This document shows positions 27,135 through 40,284 of a stretch of 63,955 nt of DNA, in pieces (positions within the stretch are counted from its first letter, which is position 1; every line of letters begins with the position of its first letter). This stretch comes from Octopus bimaculoides (taxonomy: Eukaryota). The stretch is taken from assembly GCF_001194135.2 (NCBI RefSeq), contig NC_068984.1, positions 91,339,128 through 91,403,082 of the forward strand, given 5' to 3'. The position numbers and the translations under genes are program-made. The notes under the pieces are model-generated. The model saw nothing but the letters and a program-made list of their open reading frames with translations, had not been told where the DNA came from and searched no databases.

Positions 27135-27830
27135 TGCATCATCATTTAATGTCTGTTTTCCATGCTGACATGGGATGAACAATTTGAGAGAAGCTGACCA
27201 GCCGAAGGACTGTTCAGGCTCCATGTCTGTTTTGGCATGGTTTCTGCAGCTGGATGCTCTTCCTAACACCAACCACTTTACAGAATGTACTGAGTGCTTT
27301 TATGTGGCACCGGCACAGGTGCTCTTTACATGGCACCAGCACCTAAAAGCCTGCAAGATTAGGGATGCTCAGCTGGGGAAGGTTGCATGGGATGAGCCTG
27401 TATACAAGGGCAACCACGCTTTTACTTAGCTTGATGTGTCTTTTCATGCACAGCAAACCACCAGAAGTCTCAGCCTCCTGTCATCTCCTCTGTGAGTCTC
27501 AACATCTGTAGATCCTTTCTCACCAATTTGTCCCACATCTTCCTGGGTCTGTGTGGTCAACCCCTTTCGCATGTTACCTCTACAATTAGATCAGCACTTC
27601 TTGATGCAACTGTCATCATTCTAACGCATTACATGGCCATACCAGTGCAGTTTGCTCTCTTACACACTGCATCTGATACTATGTATACCCAATTTTTCTC
27701 TCAAACCACTTACACTCTGTCACATATGCACACTGACATTGCCCATCCAGTGAAGCATATTAGCTTCATTTCTTGAGTCTTTGCATATCCTCATTAGCCG
27801 CAGCCCATGTCTCACTGCCATGCATATATA
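27135..27830 (-). mobile_element. RTE LINE 3' fragment with SINE-like tail
   Basis: Tail catcatcatttaatgtctgttttccatgc is contiguous with the reverse complement of an RTE C-terminal coding segment (PRKMWDKLVRKDL). Confidence 0.75.
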
Positions 27831-27846
27831 TATATATATATATATA

Positions 27847-28005
27847 GGGAGAATTCACAAAAAAACAACAGACGAAGACAGGTGGTGTAGATAACAAATG
27901 GATGTATTAGTATAACGCTTGGGAATAGAGAAAGTCTTTAACGTTTCGAGCCTACGCTCTTCAGCAGAAAGAAACAGAAAGAAACAAGGAGAGAAAAAAA
28001 TGTGT
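27847..28005 (-). mobile_element. Short non-autonomous repeat with a Penelope-type hammerhead-like end; second copy at 63455-63610 (+)
   Basis: The two copies are mutually reverse-complementary over ~150 bp and share ctttctg(c/t)(t/g)gaagagc-loop-gct(c/t)gaaac. Confidence 0.55.
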
Positions 28006-28873
28006 GTAGTGGTCAGCGACCTATCATGGCAAAAATGGATATATATATATATCATCGTCATCATCATTTTAACGCCCACTTTTTGCTACTTAGAGTTTAT
28101 TTAGGTAGATTTTCTACAGCTGGATGCCCTTCTTGTCACTAGCCCTCACCTGTTTTGAAGCATGATAATATTTCCCCATGACCAGACATGCTTGTGCAGA
28201 ATATTAGAAATGTATGGCATTGCTTGCATAACAGTAATACTCATTTACAACTATCACATGATGTCAAGATAAGGAGACATAAACATACACACACTCACAT
28301 ATATATGTGTGTGTCTGTGTGTGTGTACCAAATCCATTCACAAATTTTTGGTTGACCAATGGCTATAGTAAAAAAAACATTTGCCCAAGGTGCCATGCAG
28401 TGGGACTGAAATGGCGAGTGACGTAAAGTCATGTGGTTCACAAGCAAACTCCTTAACCACATAGACACAAACAAATATATATCTGTTGGATCAGGAAGGA
28501 TTGGCAGTGTTATGACCCTTTAAAGGGCCTCTGAGGCTGGTGGTGTTAACAGGGCATAAAATAAGGCTACCACCAAAGTAGGTCATGAGGGGATTTGAAC
28601 TTAGAACACAAGAAGTTTCAACTATCAATAATCAATGAAGACCATGACAGACTATGCAGCACTTCAACAAGGGACACAGTCACGTGGTGAGGACTAGACC
28701 ACTGCCATGTGCCTTAAATTATGGAAGTCATAATATTTCATTGTTGCTGAGGTGCAGAATACCACAAGACTATTTGATCCTTAATTGGAAGTCCATGCTA
28801 TGCAATGTTACTTGCTAAAATGTCGATGCTAGACTAGTGGATGATTCTTTTTAAATGAGAAAGAGCTGCATAG

Positions 28874-28904
<31 letters not shown>

Positions 28905-29207
28905 TCAAACTCATTCTTTTGTTCTCACACAATATGCCCAGTGGTAAGATAAAGTCACATATATAAACACACAAATACATATCTAATTGCCTTATATGAA
29001 AAAACAATTTCTGTGATGACTAGCAACTATGCAGAAGCAATCTCCAGTCCAGTTTCTACCAGTTTCTTTATGAAATATGTGTGTGCATGAGAGAGAGAGA
29101 GAGAGTTGTGTGTATGTGAATACACACTTTTAATACATGTGTGTGTTAGCACACTTTTATTGAAACCAAGTAGATCGTGCATGTACAAAAGCAAAAATGT
29201 GTCTTGT

Positions 29208-29868
29208 TACTCAGCTTATTAGAAACAGCAGCCAAATCACTCTTGGATCACACTTTGTCATCTTAAAAAAAAAGACAAATAATATGGTCCTGCTGTTTCT
29301 GTTGGGTTACTGTTTTAAAACGGACATTGAATTATGTAGTCCTGGTAGCTATATGAATATTTGAGCTGTTACAAACAGCTGGTATAAGTTACAGCCTGTT
29401 GTCTTATGTTTAAATGTAGATATACTCAGTAGCCATATTTTCCACAAGTAACACTCTGCTAAGAAAAGGAGGGATGATGATATGGTCTTGGGTTCACTAT
29501 GAAAACAATAATTGGTTGTGACTGGAATACCTTTTATCAAAGGTCTGCTCCATTAGGAGTAGGGGTGAAACTACAACAACAAAAACAACAACACATACCA
29601 GCAATCACTTTACTACTTAGAAATTGCAGCTAAATCTCTCTCAGATCACACTCTGCCATCTAAAGAAGGACACATGGTATAATGTAGCCCTGGTTTCTAT
29701 GTGGTCATTTGATATGTTACAAATAGTAACATCTCACTTATATCATAATCTACTATCTTATGTATGTTTACATAGTAGGCACACCTGCTAGAAATAGCAG
29801 CCATATCTCCTTCAAATCAAAACTTACCATCTTAAAAGAGGACATGTTTGATAATGTGATCTCTGGAT
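29208..29868 (+). repeat. Three dispersed ~85-bp direct repeats
   Basis: Units at ~29208-29290, 29611-29695 and 29782-29868 share tagaaa..gcagc(c/t)a(a/t)atc..atca..c.....catct(t)aaa. Confidence 0.6.
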
Positions 29869-31725
29869 AAAACTAAAATCATGTGGTGGAAACAATTGCA
29901 ATATCTTTTATTATATATAAATATATATATAAATATANNNNNNNNNNNNNNNNNNNNNNNNNNNNNNNNNNNNNNNNNNNNNNNNNNNNNNNNNNNNNNN
30001 NNNNNNNNNNNNNNNNNNNNNNNNNNNNNNNNNNNNNNNNNNNNNNNNNNNNNNNNNNNNNNNNNNNNNNNNNNNNNNNNNNNNATATATATATATTCAA
30101 GTTCATATTTTGAGACAGAAGGTTTAAAAGGTCTTTACAGTGTATCTTGTCAACAAACCTATTTCACTTTACTGCTTTAATTTGGTTATAACATACTATG
30201 CAATAACTACAATCAGTAATATTTTGTATTTATGTGTGTATGTTTATATACATCTGAATACAAGTACTTTATCTTTGTGTGTTTATCTGTGTGTATGTAC
30301 TTTGACAAGAGCTACTAATAAACCTTCAATTAGCACAACTGTATTTTGCCCAAGCAGGAGAGTAACAGTTATTTGTAACACATAATTTGGTCTGTAGTCA
30401 GCATCGCTACTACGTTGATTTCTTGAGCTAAAATCATTTGTGTGTACTGTTTATAAGATAACTGGATGTAAAAATAGATGAATACGAAAGAAAATATGAA
30501 TGAAATATAATAAATAACAACACTCATTCCAACAGATTGCATGTCCTAATATTTCAGTAAAGTTACAGTGTAATTGTAAGTAGCTAACGTTCAGTCAATC
30601 TTTCCATGGCAGCAGCAGTAGTTTCGATAGAAATGTTAATGAACATTTAAACATTTGCAGTAAATACTTAACAGCCAGTGCCAGCAAGAACTTCAAAAAC
30701 CATTCTGCAGGAGACTGGTTATGCAAGACAGTTTCTGCTGTCTGTCACCTGATACAGTCAGCTGGTTACTGGCAAGCATTGCTAAGCGGATAACTATGTA
30801 AGTGTAAGCAACTCTGCAGAAGAGTGAGAAAGAAAGAGAAAGTGGGAGAGACTGAGTAAAAGACAGATACAGGCAGATACACAAATATACAACAAAAGGC
30901 TGAAATAAAATAAGATTAAAATAATTGGGAAAAAGAAGTTAGCCAAAACTAAAAGGGAAATAAGAAAACATGAACAAATAAGACAGTGGGAGAGAATATT
31001 AGAGATATACATAGACAGAGGAGGAAAAAGTCAATTACAGAGAAAGGAATGAAAAGATATAAAAGCTTTATAGAAAACAGGAAGCAAAATATGCACATAC
31101 TCCCCCACCCCCACCCNNNNNNNNNNNNNNNNNNNNNNNNNNNNNNNNNNNNNNNNNNNNNNNNNNNNNNNNNNNNNNNNNNNNNNNNNNNNNNNNNNNN
31201 NNNNNNNNNNNNNNNNNNNNNNNNNNNNNNNNNNNNNNNNNNNNNNNNNNNNNNNNNNNNNNNNNNNNNNNNNNNNNNNNNNNNNNNNNNNNNNNNNNNN
31301 NNNNNNNNNCAAAAACCACAAACCAGATAAGACAATGATAGAGAATTACACAACAGATGGAGAAAAGTAAGTACAACAATTGACAGAAGACAATATACAG
31401 CAGCAAACAGCAAGCTAAATATACTAGAGATACAACAGCAAAAAAAAAAAAGACTGAGTATACTAGAGAACAAATAAAGTACATCAGTATACAACAGATT
31501 GAGTATACTGGAGAGGAAATAAAGTACAACAGCATCTAACAGACTGAGTATAGAGAGAAAGTAAACTTCTTGCTTGATATAAAAAGCCAATGTATGCAAT
31601 GTAAAAGTTGAAGCATGTTAGATCAAAGATGAAGTGCAATGTTGAAGAGGAAAGACAAAAATTAAGCAGGTGTTCATAAGTATCTTTTTCTTTATAGTTT
31701 AGCCACTGAATGTCCTTGTTCAATT

Positions 31726-32375
31726 CCATCATCATCATCATCATTTAACGTCCATTGTCCATGCTGGCATGGGTTGGACGGTTTGACTGGGCTGGCATGC
31801 TAGAAGGCTGCGCTAGGCTCCCGTCTAATTTGGCATGGTTTTCTACAGCTGGATGCCCTTCTTAACGCCAACCACTCTGAAAGTGTAATGGATGTTTTTA
31901 CGTGTCACCAGCACGGGTGCCACGACTGCAATTTTGCTCAGCCTGATGGGTTTTCTTCTCAAGGATGACATAATGCCAAAGGTCTTGGTCATTGCTTCTG
32001 TAAGGACCAACACTTGAAAGGAAGACAACCATTTTGTCCTCATGGGGTCCAATGCTCGAAAGGAACTCAGCTACCTTGCCTTCGTAAGGCCCAACACTCG
32101 AAAGGAACTTGACCACTTGCCTCCATGAGGCCCAACACTCAAAAGGAACTCAGCTGATTTGCCTCCATGTTGTTCAAAACTAGAAAGGAACTCAGTCGCT
32201 TTGCCTCTGTGAGGCCCAGGTCCCTCACTCAAAAGGAACTCAGCCACTTGCTTCCATGAAGCCCAATGCTCAAAAGGAACTCAGCTACTATGCCTCCGTG
32301 AGGCCCAACACTTGAAAGGAACTCAGCCATTTTGCCTCTGTGAGGCCCAACGTTCAAGGTTGATTTTCTTATGTG
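31726..32375 (-). mobile_element. RTE-tail SINE-like repeat containing a ~42-bp minisatellite
   Basis: (cat)n-ttaacgtcc..catgctggcatgggttggacgg tail plus about nine units of aggcccaacactcgaaaggaactcagccactttgcctccgtg at ~31999-32358. Confidence 0.8.
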
Positions 32376-32736
32376 CCACCAGCACAATAACCCTCCATGG
32401 ACAATAACTTCCCCAAGGACAACAGATGATGATTTAAAACTTCTTAATATATTAGAGAGGGGGTAACTGTCCTAGGGGGTAGTTGTCGTCGGCGGAATTG
32501 TCCTATGGGGGTGGTAATTGTCCTGATATGCCCTCAGACAACACTCAACTACTCTCTGAAAAGGTTACTGGAAATGTGAAACAGCACACACTAATTATGA
32601 GAAGACAAAGAGAAAGGAATATAAATGGTTTTAACAATTCTAGCTTAATATGATTAGAACATGATAAAATTAGTTGGAAAGAAATGAACCAACAAAAGAT
32701 TTAAATACCTACAACATGAAAAAGTACTTGAAGATA

Positions 32737-32804
<68 letters not shown>

Positions 32805-33226
32805 GTGTGCTTATCTGCATTTAATAATTTTTATGTAAGAGTGGTAAAGAATTATTTCATAGATGATTTAGCTTAGAACATAAGTGTGATAGTGTTTATT
32901 GCATTTCAAAAATAATTTTGAATTGCTGAGTTGCAGACTTAAACTTTTGCATTCATACAAAAATATATAGATGTAATTAAATAGTTCAGAGTGGGTAAGT
33001 CAATGACAAAATCTTTAAAAGTGTGTGTGTGTAATAGTTTTTGGAATGTCATGCATAAAGAAAAAAAAACTTAAGAAATTGCATTATTAAATATTAGTTT
33101 CATTTGAATAGATGCAAGAAAATATTTTGGGAAGGTAAACTGAGAGGTTTGACATTACTGCATTCCTCAACAAGGACAAAACTCTTTTATTCTTCTTTTC
33201 TTAGGAACAGCATTCCAAAAATCACC

Positions 33227-33271
<45 letters not shown>

Positions 33272-34389
33272 GTGTGCATGTACACACGCACATACACGAA
33301 TTTCATAAAGTTATGATCAAGAAGACAGATGTTACTAAGCAACCAGTGTTCTTTATTTTCCAACAATTGGCATACTTACGAATTAATCAGTAAATGTGAG
33401 AATGAAATATTATAAAACTGTGTTTAAATTCATTGGCAGGAAACAATATTTCCCATTTAGCCATCAGGAAGAATATAGTTTTGAAAGGTAATCTAATTAG
33501 CATGTAAAAAAAAAGCAACTTTCTGTGGATTGAAATGATTAAAATGAGAACAACTAACAAATCACAAAATTGTTTTAATAGTCAAAAATAAAGGACTCCA
33601 AAACTGAGAAAGCAGTTGACACTGAACTGCAAACAAATATTCTCCTCACTTGTCTGCTGTATATTTTTGAAACAAACTTGTGTAGTGGAGGAAAAAAACA
33701 ATTAATTTGATATCAAAGATCACATACAGTACGAGTAAGGGAAAGAAGTAGAAGGAAATTAGCTAATTGAAGTCATATTTGGAGAGTCAGACAGGTCACA
33801 AAGAAATGAATGAGTTGTAGATATAAAGTCTACTGTAAAATCCAGTAATAATATCACAACACTACAGAAAATTGGATTCTTCTATTATCAAGATGGTTAC
33901 AGGCTGTAGTAAGAATGAGAACATGTGGGAAAGAAAAAATGAAATGGCGAGTGACGTAAAGAGTGAAGTATTAAAGTGCAAAACAATAAAGTAAAAGTGG
34001 CTTTTAGATTAAAATCCAAGCTCAGCAATTTAGAAATGAAGGTATAAGGAGAAACAGCAGGATGTTATGAAAAAGAGTGAGGAGATGGGGAGAAAATGAA
34101 ACAAAATCAAAGAGTAGGAGAAAAAAAATCAATAACAAGTAATAAGGACAAGTATCTTAAAAATCTGTAGATTTTTGAAAATGAAATTTTATTGGAATAT
34201 TTTTTGATACACGATATATGAAACTTCCTCATATTTGTGATAAAACTGAGAAAATGAATGAAAAATTATTTGAAATTTAAAAAAAAAAGGAATAATTTCA
34301 ATTACTTCATAGATTCAAATAATACCACTATTATCTTTTACTAAACTAAGGTAAGGCCAACAGAGAATAGATTTAAAGTCAGTTTGGCC

Positions 34390-34428
<39 letters not shown>

Positions 34429-35544
34429 TCTTTGATTTTACCTATTCTACAAATACTTCAAGAAGTTTCTTAAAAGGAACATATTTCAATGAAAATTATT
34501 TCTGGTCAACCAAGTTCTAGAATGCTATAAATGTACTATTAAACTTTTCTAAATATTTGTATATCATTTCATTCATAATATCTTAATGTTATGTATAGTT
34601 AATAGCTTTTGAAAGAAAATAGACAGGAATCCTGTTATCAACATCCTAGTTTACATAATTTCCATTAACAATTGGATACTTAGCCTAAGATCTTAGCTTA
34701 TTTATACATGTTCTTATATCTGTAAATAGTCTTCTCAAATTTAAGTAGGACAGAGTAATCTATGAAGTACACAAAAAAAAAACTAGTAAGACATGCTTTC
34801 AATGTCTTTGTTATTATATAATGATGGACATCTATGATATATGCCACATCAACATTCATTCATAAACAACATTCAACTACATTAATAATAGAATGTACTG
34901 TGAGAAAATCAAAAATCAACTTTAGGTCTGTTAGTGAAACAAGAACAAAGTACTCACAAGAGAAGTTTTATTAAAATTTAATGACACACAAACATTCAAA
35001 GTAAGCTGTTTTTCTAGTAAAGTATTCTGAGAAAAGAAGATATGCAAGTTGCCATTTCCAAACTTTACTGAATAGAATTGATAGACATTAACACCCCCAC
35101 CTCCACCCTCTCTCTCTCTCTCTAACACTATAAACATGAAGCAGAAATAAGAAGGACAACTAAGTAAATATAAAACTTACGGACATATAAAGAAGAGTTT
35201 AAAATTGAAAAGCAAGTTGTTATGTAATTTGAAGGCATGTAAAGCATGCAGTACTACAAGGTTTTATGCTATTACAAATACCAACAATCTGAAAGCAACA
35301 GTAAAAGCAAAAATAGATCACTCAAGAGCCCACAGTAGACAGACATTTTTTTCATTCATGATCAGCTTTATGAGCATCTTGACACAGATGTTGAAATCTA
35401 GGTATTTGACCATATATGCTTTAAATTTTATTCTAACAAATTTATATTCAGCGGTATAAAAATCATATTTCTTTCATATAATTAGATCTTTATTTTCACT
35501 TACTTCCATTGTAGAGATTCTTTTTTTTTTTCTTTCTTAAAGGA

Positions 35545-35830
35545 GAACATACACTTGATGCAACTCCATTATGAAAACATTTTTCCAGCACAGGGATACC
35601 TATAAGTAAACCTGGTATACAGATACTTTGGGACAGAAGTCATGACAGATTTTGTTATTGTTTCGGTTATCATTTCATTCTGTGCTGGATATTCATGCAA
35701 AGAGAAGGACTGAGCTGTTAAATGATCACCACCTAGTTGTTTGCAACCTGAGACTATCAACAGCAGGGGAGAACTCACAAAACTGTTAAGTCCAGTGAGA
35801 AGCTTTGGCAGGTAATGGGATTAGAAACAA
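35545..35830 (+). mobile_element. Degraded RTE LINE endonuclease fragment
   Basis: Translation TWYTDTLGQKS..DFVIVS..SVLDIHAKRRTELLNDHHLVVCNLR matches the APE C-terminal TW..DY/F..SDH motifs. Confidence 0.75.
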
Positions 35831-36809
35831 AAATGTGGACACTATTGCATCCAGATTAGAGATTGTTTTGGTTAGCAATTTCTTCTTCGGTTGGACAATG
35901 CTGTGGACAAAATTGGGTTTAAAATCCCTTTGGATAGGAAAAGTCAAAGGTTTGTTCCATCCAAAGGCCTTTTAACCCAATATTTACACGCTGTTATTTA
36001 TAGCTTTACCTGCCCAGACATACATACATACATATATATTTATATGTATGTGTTCACATGCACTTACACAGATTTATATATATATCATCATCATCATCAT
36101 ATAACATCTATTTTCCAAGCTGGCATGGATTGGATGGTATGACAGACACTGGCAACTCAGAAGACTGCACCAAACTCTGTTGTCTGCTTTGGCATGGTTT
36201 CTATGACTGGATGCCCTTCCTAATGCCAACCACTTTACAGAGTGTACTGAGTGCTTTTTACGTGGAATCAGCAGCAGTGAGGTTACCAAGTAATTTGCAG
36301 GACAAGACTCCCTCAACTGAGGCGGGGAGTAGTATTGAGGAACAGAAAAGTGTCTTGCATTAGAAGAGAAACATGGCTACATCAAATAGAGAGAAACTAG
36401 TGAAAATGTGATTGGGAAAGGCAAGGGCCATACATCCAAGTTATAGGGAGGTGTATATAGTGAAGTGTATGGGGAATTGGAGAAGGTGAGCAAATTCACA
36501 AGATAGTGAAAGGAGAATGAGAGATGGCAGTAAGGGGGAGTAATGAGTGGACATAGGTAGAGGGAGGAGTATTAGGAGGATACATTGTGGAGAAGAGATT
36601 TAACAAGGACATACTGTGTGCAGGTAAGTACGTGAGAGAATGGAGGGGGAATATAGTGGTGGTTGGGTGGAGGAAGAGAGAAGTGTCAGGAAGATGAGTT
36701 GCAGGGGAGTGGGGTATGGACATAAAGGACACACCTTTATGTCCTCAAGTTTACTACACTAGGCAGGTCCTCTCCAGCACAGCAAACTGCCAATTATCTC
36801 AGTCATTTG

Positions 36810-37663
36810 TCATTTCAGGCTAAATTTGATGATTTTTTTTAATACCTCCTTTTATCAGGAACAGCTTGATGTATTGGTGAACAGTCTGTGGCATTGGACA
36901 GCATACATATTAAAGTTATAGCTGCAAAAAAGTTAGCTGACATAGAAGACTAGAAGCCATCTGAATATTGATAAAAAGTTACCTATAACATTATGACTTA
37001 TGCTGGGTTCAAAGACTGCTGCTCAATGCTGTGAACACTGTAAAGGTTGAAAGACATGACATGGATAGCTGCAACAGTGACTACAAAGTCATGACCAGCA
37101 GGTCTTTGACTGCATCTCCAGTGAGTATGACATCATGCCATACCACATCTTTGAACATGGCCTCAATTCAGGTGACTATGTGAAATTGCTGGAGACTATG
37201 GTCAAACCCTGGCTAGAGAAGGTTGCTGCTGGAAGGCCATATGTGTGGCAGCAGGATTCAGCTCTTTGCCATACCTCCAGAAAGAGTCAGAAGTAGTTGT
37301 TGGAAAAATGCTATGACTCCACCAACTCCAATTCTTTCAATTATAATCCTATGGACTACTATGTGTGGGCAGGGTTGAGAAAGACACCAACTGCTCTGCC
37401 TGCAACATCAAGGTTGAGCTGATCATTAAGATCAAGGAGGTGTTCAAAGATTTTCCCAGGGGCACAGTAAGGAACACATGTGCCAGGTATTGAAGCCATC
37501 ATGAGGACATGGTTGAAGCTGAGGGCAGCTACTTTGAATAAACTGATATCTCTGTCATAATCTAGTTGATATTTTTTTGAGTTTTTAAAAATACTTTCAC
37601 TTTTGGATGGGATGTGTTTTCTTTCCTTTTATGCAAACTGTCAAATTTAGCTAAAGCACCCTG
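36810..37663 (+). mobile_element. Tc1/mariner-superfamily element of maT/DDD type, degraded
   Basis: Translation VKPWLEKVAAGRPYVWQQDSALCHTS..NPMDYYVW..VEAEGSYFE* (stop at 37539-37541). Right end ctaaagcaccctg, with a partial inverted match ggctaaatttga near 36818. Confidence 0.8.
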
Positions 37664-38189
37664 TTTACATGTATGTGTGTGTGTGTGTGTGTGCGCAGAC
37701 GCGCGTGCATGTAATAGAGTAACATGATCCAAAAAGATTTTGGTATAAGAAGTTAGTAAACATCAAACATATACACAGCTTGTATGGATGATAAAAAGTG
37801 GATAAAACACAATCAACAAAAGTTTATTAACTGGCATATATTCAATATGGCACTTGGTCCCATAATGAAACATGGAAATTTCAATAAGATAACAGCTACT
37901 TTATAACTCATGGTTTAGCAATGAAAATTGTTAATTATGCAAATATAAATTGAAGAGTGTGAGGAATATGTAGTCTTGATTTACCTTTTCTATCCCTCAC
38001 ACCATTCGATTTATATATATGTACATTCATATGTATACATATATGTATACAGATATGTTTATATGTCTATATATATATGTGCATTTTCGATTTCCTTTCT
38101 AAATTTATGCATATGTAAAAAAATTATTTTCATAAAACACACACACACACACACACACATACAACATGGTAGTGGAATGATACAGTTGA

Positions 38190-38660
38190 TAGGGCAGTAA
38201 AAGCTAAAAGACAGGCTTGAAAAACCTGGAAAGAAGGTGATAGTAGGGAGCATTATCAAATGGCTAAAAGGGAAGCAAAGCAACGGGTACACTTGGCTAT
38301 GGGTGAAGCAAGAGAGGAAGAGATTTGCACATGATTGGAAAGAAATGGAACATGCTCTGTAGGATGTGCAATGTAAGTGTGTGTGAACAACATAGTGCAA
38401 ATGTACTGAGAAAAAAGTAAGGAATCGAATCAGATGTAGTGTACAAGAAAGAAGAATGTGCCAATATGAACATGCGAGGCATACAGATAAGAACAGCTAT
38501 ACAAAGTGCCAATCATTTAATGTGGGTGGAGCTTGGAAAAGAGGGAGACCCAGGAAGACACAGGTCAATGCTGATCTCAGGACCCCGAACCTCACAGAGA
38601 TAACAAAGGACCAGGATGGTTGGTGATAAGTGGTTCTCAGGAAGACCTGCCAATCTCTGC
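38190..38660 (+). mobile_element. Internally deleted RTE LINE fragment
   Basis: AVKAKRQA*KTWKEGDSREHYQMAKREAKQ is joined to a C-terminal KCQSFNVGGAWKRGRPRKT segment. Confidence 0.7.
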
Positions 38661-40284
38661 AAAACTGACTTCTGAGAGCACTATGTGTGTATATCTATGC
38701 ACAAATGGGCCCTTCACCCATTCTCCTCCTGAATCACCCCTATCACTAACGACCATCATTTCTCTTACTGCAACACTCCTTTGATACCACTTATTTTTAC
38801 TTGCTACCCAGAACCATTTCACTTTTTATCCATTTTTGATCCATTAATACTGTTCTCTCCACCCATGTTTTATGTTGGTCAATACCCCACAACTACTGAG
38901 CTAAATTATCTCTTTCTCCCCTCCCACCACCACCACCATACATCAGAGACCTGACAACCCAAGACTTACTACTAATAACCATGTAAACCAGTGCAACCCA
39001 TTGATGGTTGAGCTATTGATAGCTTATCTGGCAATCCTAAAAACATGCTTGATGAAGAAGGTAATTTTCGAACGCTCTGTTGAATGGAAAACCTTTCAAA
39101 TAATAGATGAACTTAGAAAAGTCAACGGCTATCCAATAGTGTGTGTACATATACATGTACATATAAATGCCTATGAAACTGCAAACGGTAGGTGAATACA
39201 CTCATTTGAAACCTTCAGTGTTTAGAGACTCTGGCCAACATGCTGCTTTTTCACTTTTTTGCTTGTTACTAGCTTCAAACATTTAGAGAGTGACACTTGT
39301 GTTTGCACAAACAATTATCATAAAATTTAATGTGTTGGTATTTTCTTCATATTTTTTTTCCATTCTTATTGTAATTGAATTCCTTGAAACCATAAACAAG
39401 TAATTGACCCCTCATTGTGGCACATCTGCAACAATGAAAAACCTCTACTTCCATAATTTTCTAATTCATGAGAGCACATGGAAGATATAATATAGACATG
39501 AGCAGTCATAATATTCTGGCCACCTACTTAGCTGTGTCCTCTGCTAAAGTACAGTTGGTATCTATGAGGTGGAGTCTTGGTCTTGTCATGCTAGCTTCGC
39601 TAGTGAGACCTTTTGACTCTGTGACAAGGATCATCTTTAAAAAGAAAGTAAAAGGATGTACAAAAGGTTGTCAAACAAGAAAAAGTACTATGAAAGGTAG
39701 TCAAACAAGAAAGCACTCATGTGTTGAGTGCTTTGTTGCTTGGATACATATATGTAAATAAACTGAAAACACCCACTCACATACACGTGTCAGTCTATTT
39801 AAAAACATGCATACAAACAAGAAAATGCCCAATACATAAAATACTGTTTCTTTATTTATTAAAAAATCAAATTTTCACTTTGTCATTACTCTAAATTTCC
39901 TGGATTATGCTATTCATGGTATTGAATATCTGACTGTAATTCTTGACATTTTGAAAAATTAGAAAACATGAATTTTACACATTCTCTCTCTCTCTCTCTC
40001 ACCCACACACATCTTTAACCCTTTAGTGTTCAGATTAATCAGTCAAATGTAATGCTTATTCGTTCACAATATGTTGAATTATTCAGGTTCAAGAGGGCTG
40101 TCCATAATATTTGCTTACAACTTTGCTTACTTTTTTACACACAGACATGAAATTTTGTCATGGGTGCTTATATACCAGTAGATTATAGTGACGTAATTTT
40201 AGCAGATCTTGCTGATTAAATTTGACTTTTATGGGTAAGTAGATTTAATTCACAGGTGTAAAAGCAATAACATTATGGATAAAC

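Noticed and set aside
30662-30793. Frame reading GDWLCKTVSAVCHL, reminiscent of GPCR TM3
   Set aside because: Ends in a stop with no DRY-like motif or suitable donor; the similarity is too short to support.
31999-32358. Regularly spaced repeats resembling a CRISPR array
   Set aside because: Units are contiguous diverged copies without unique spacers, lie inside a eukaryotic SINE, and have no cas genes nearby.
34330-34356. Possible recursive splice site taag|gtaagg
   Set aside because: Short pyrimidine tract and weak AAG acceptor; indistinguishable from background without RNA data.
39053-39090. Hammerhead-like ttgatgaagaaggtaattttcgaacg
   Set aside because: Both core segments deviate (UUGAUGA, GAAC) and no stem I or stem III can be formed.
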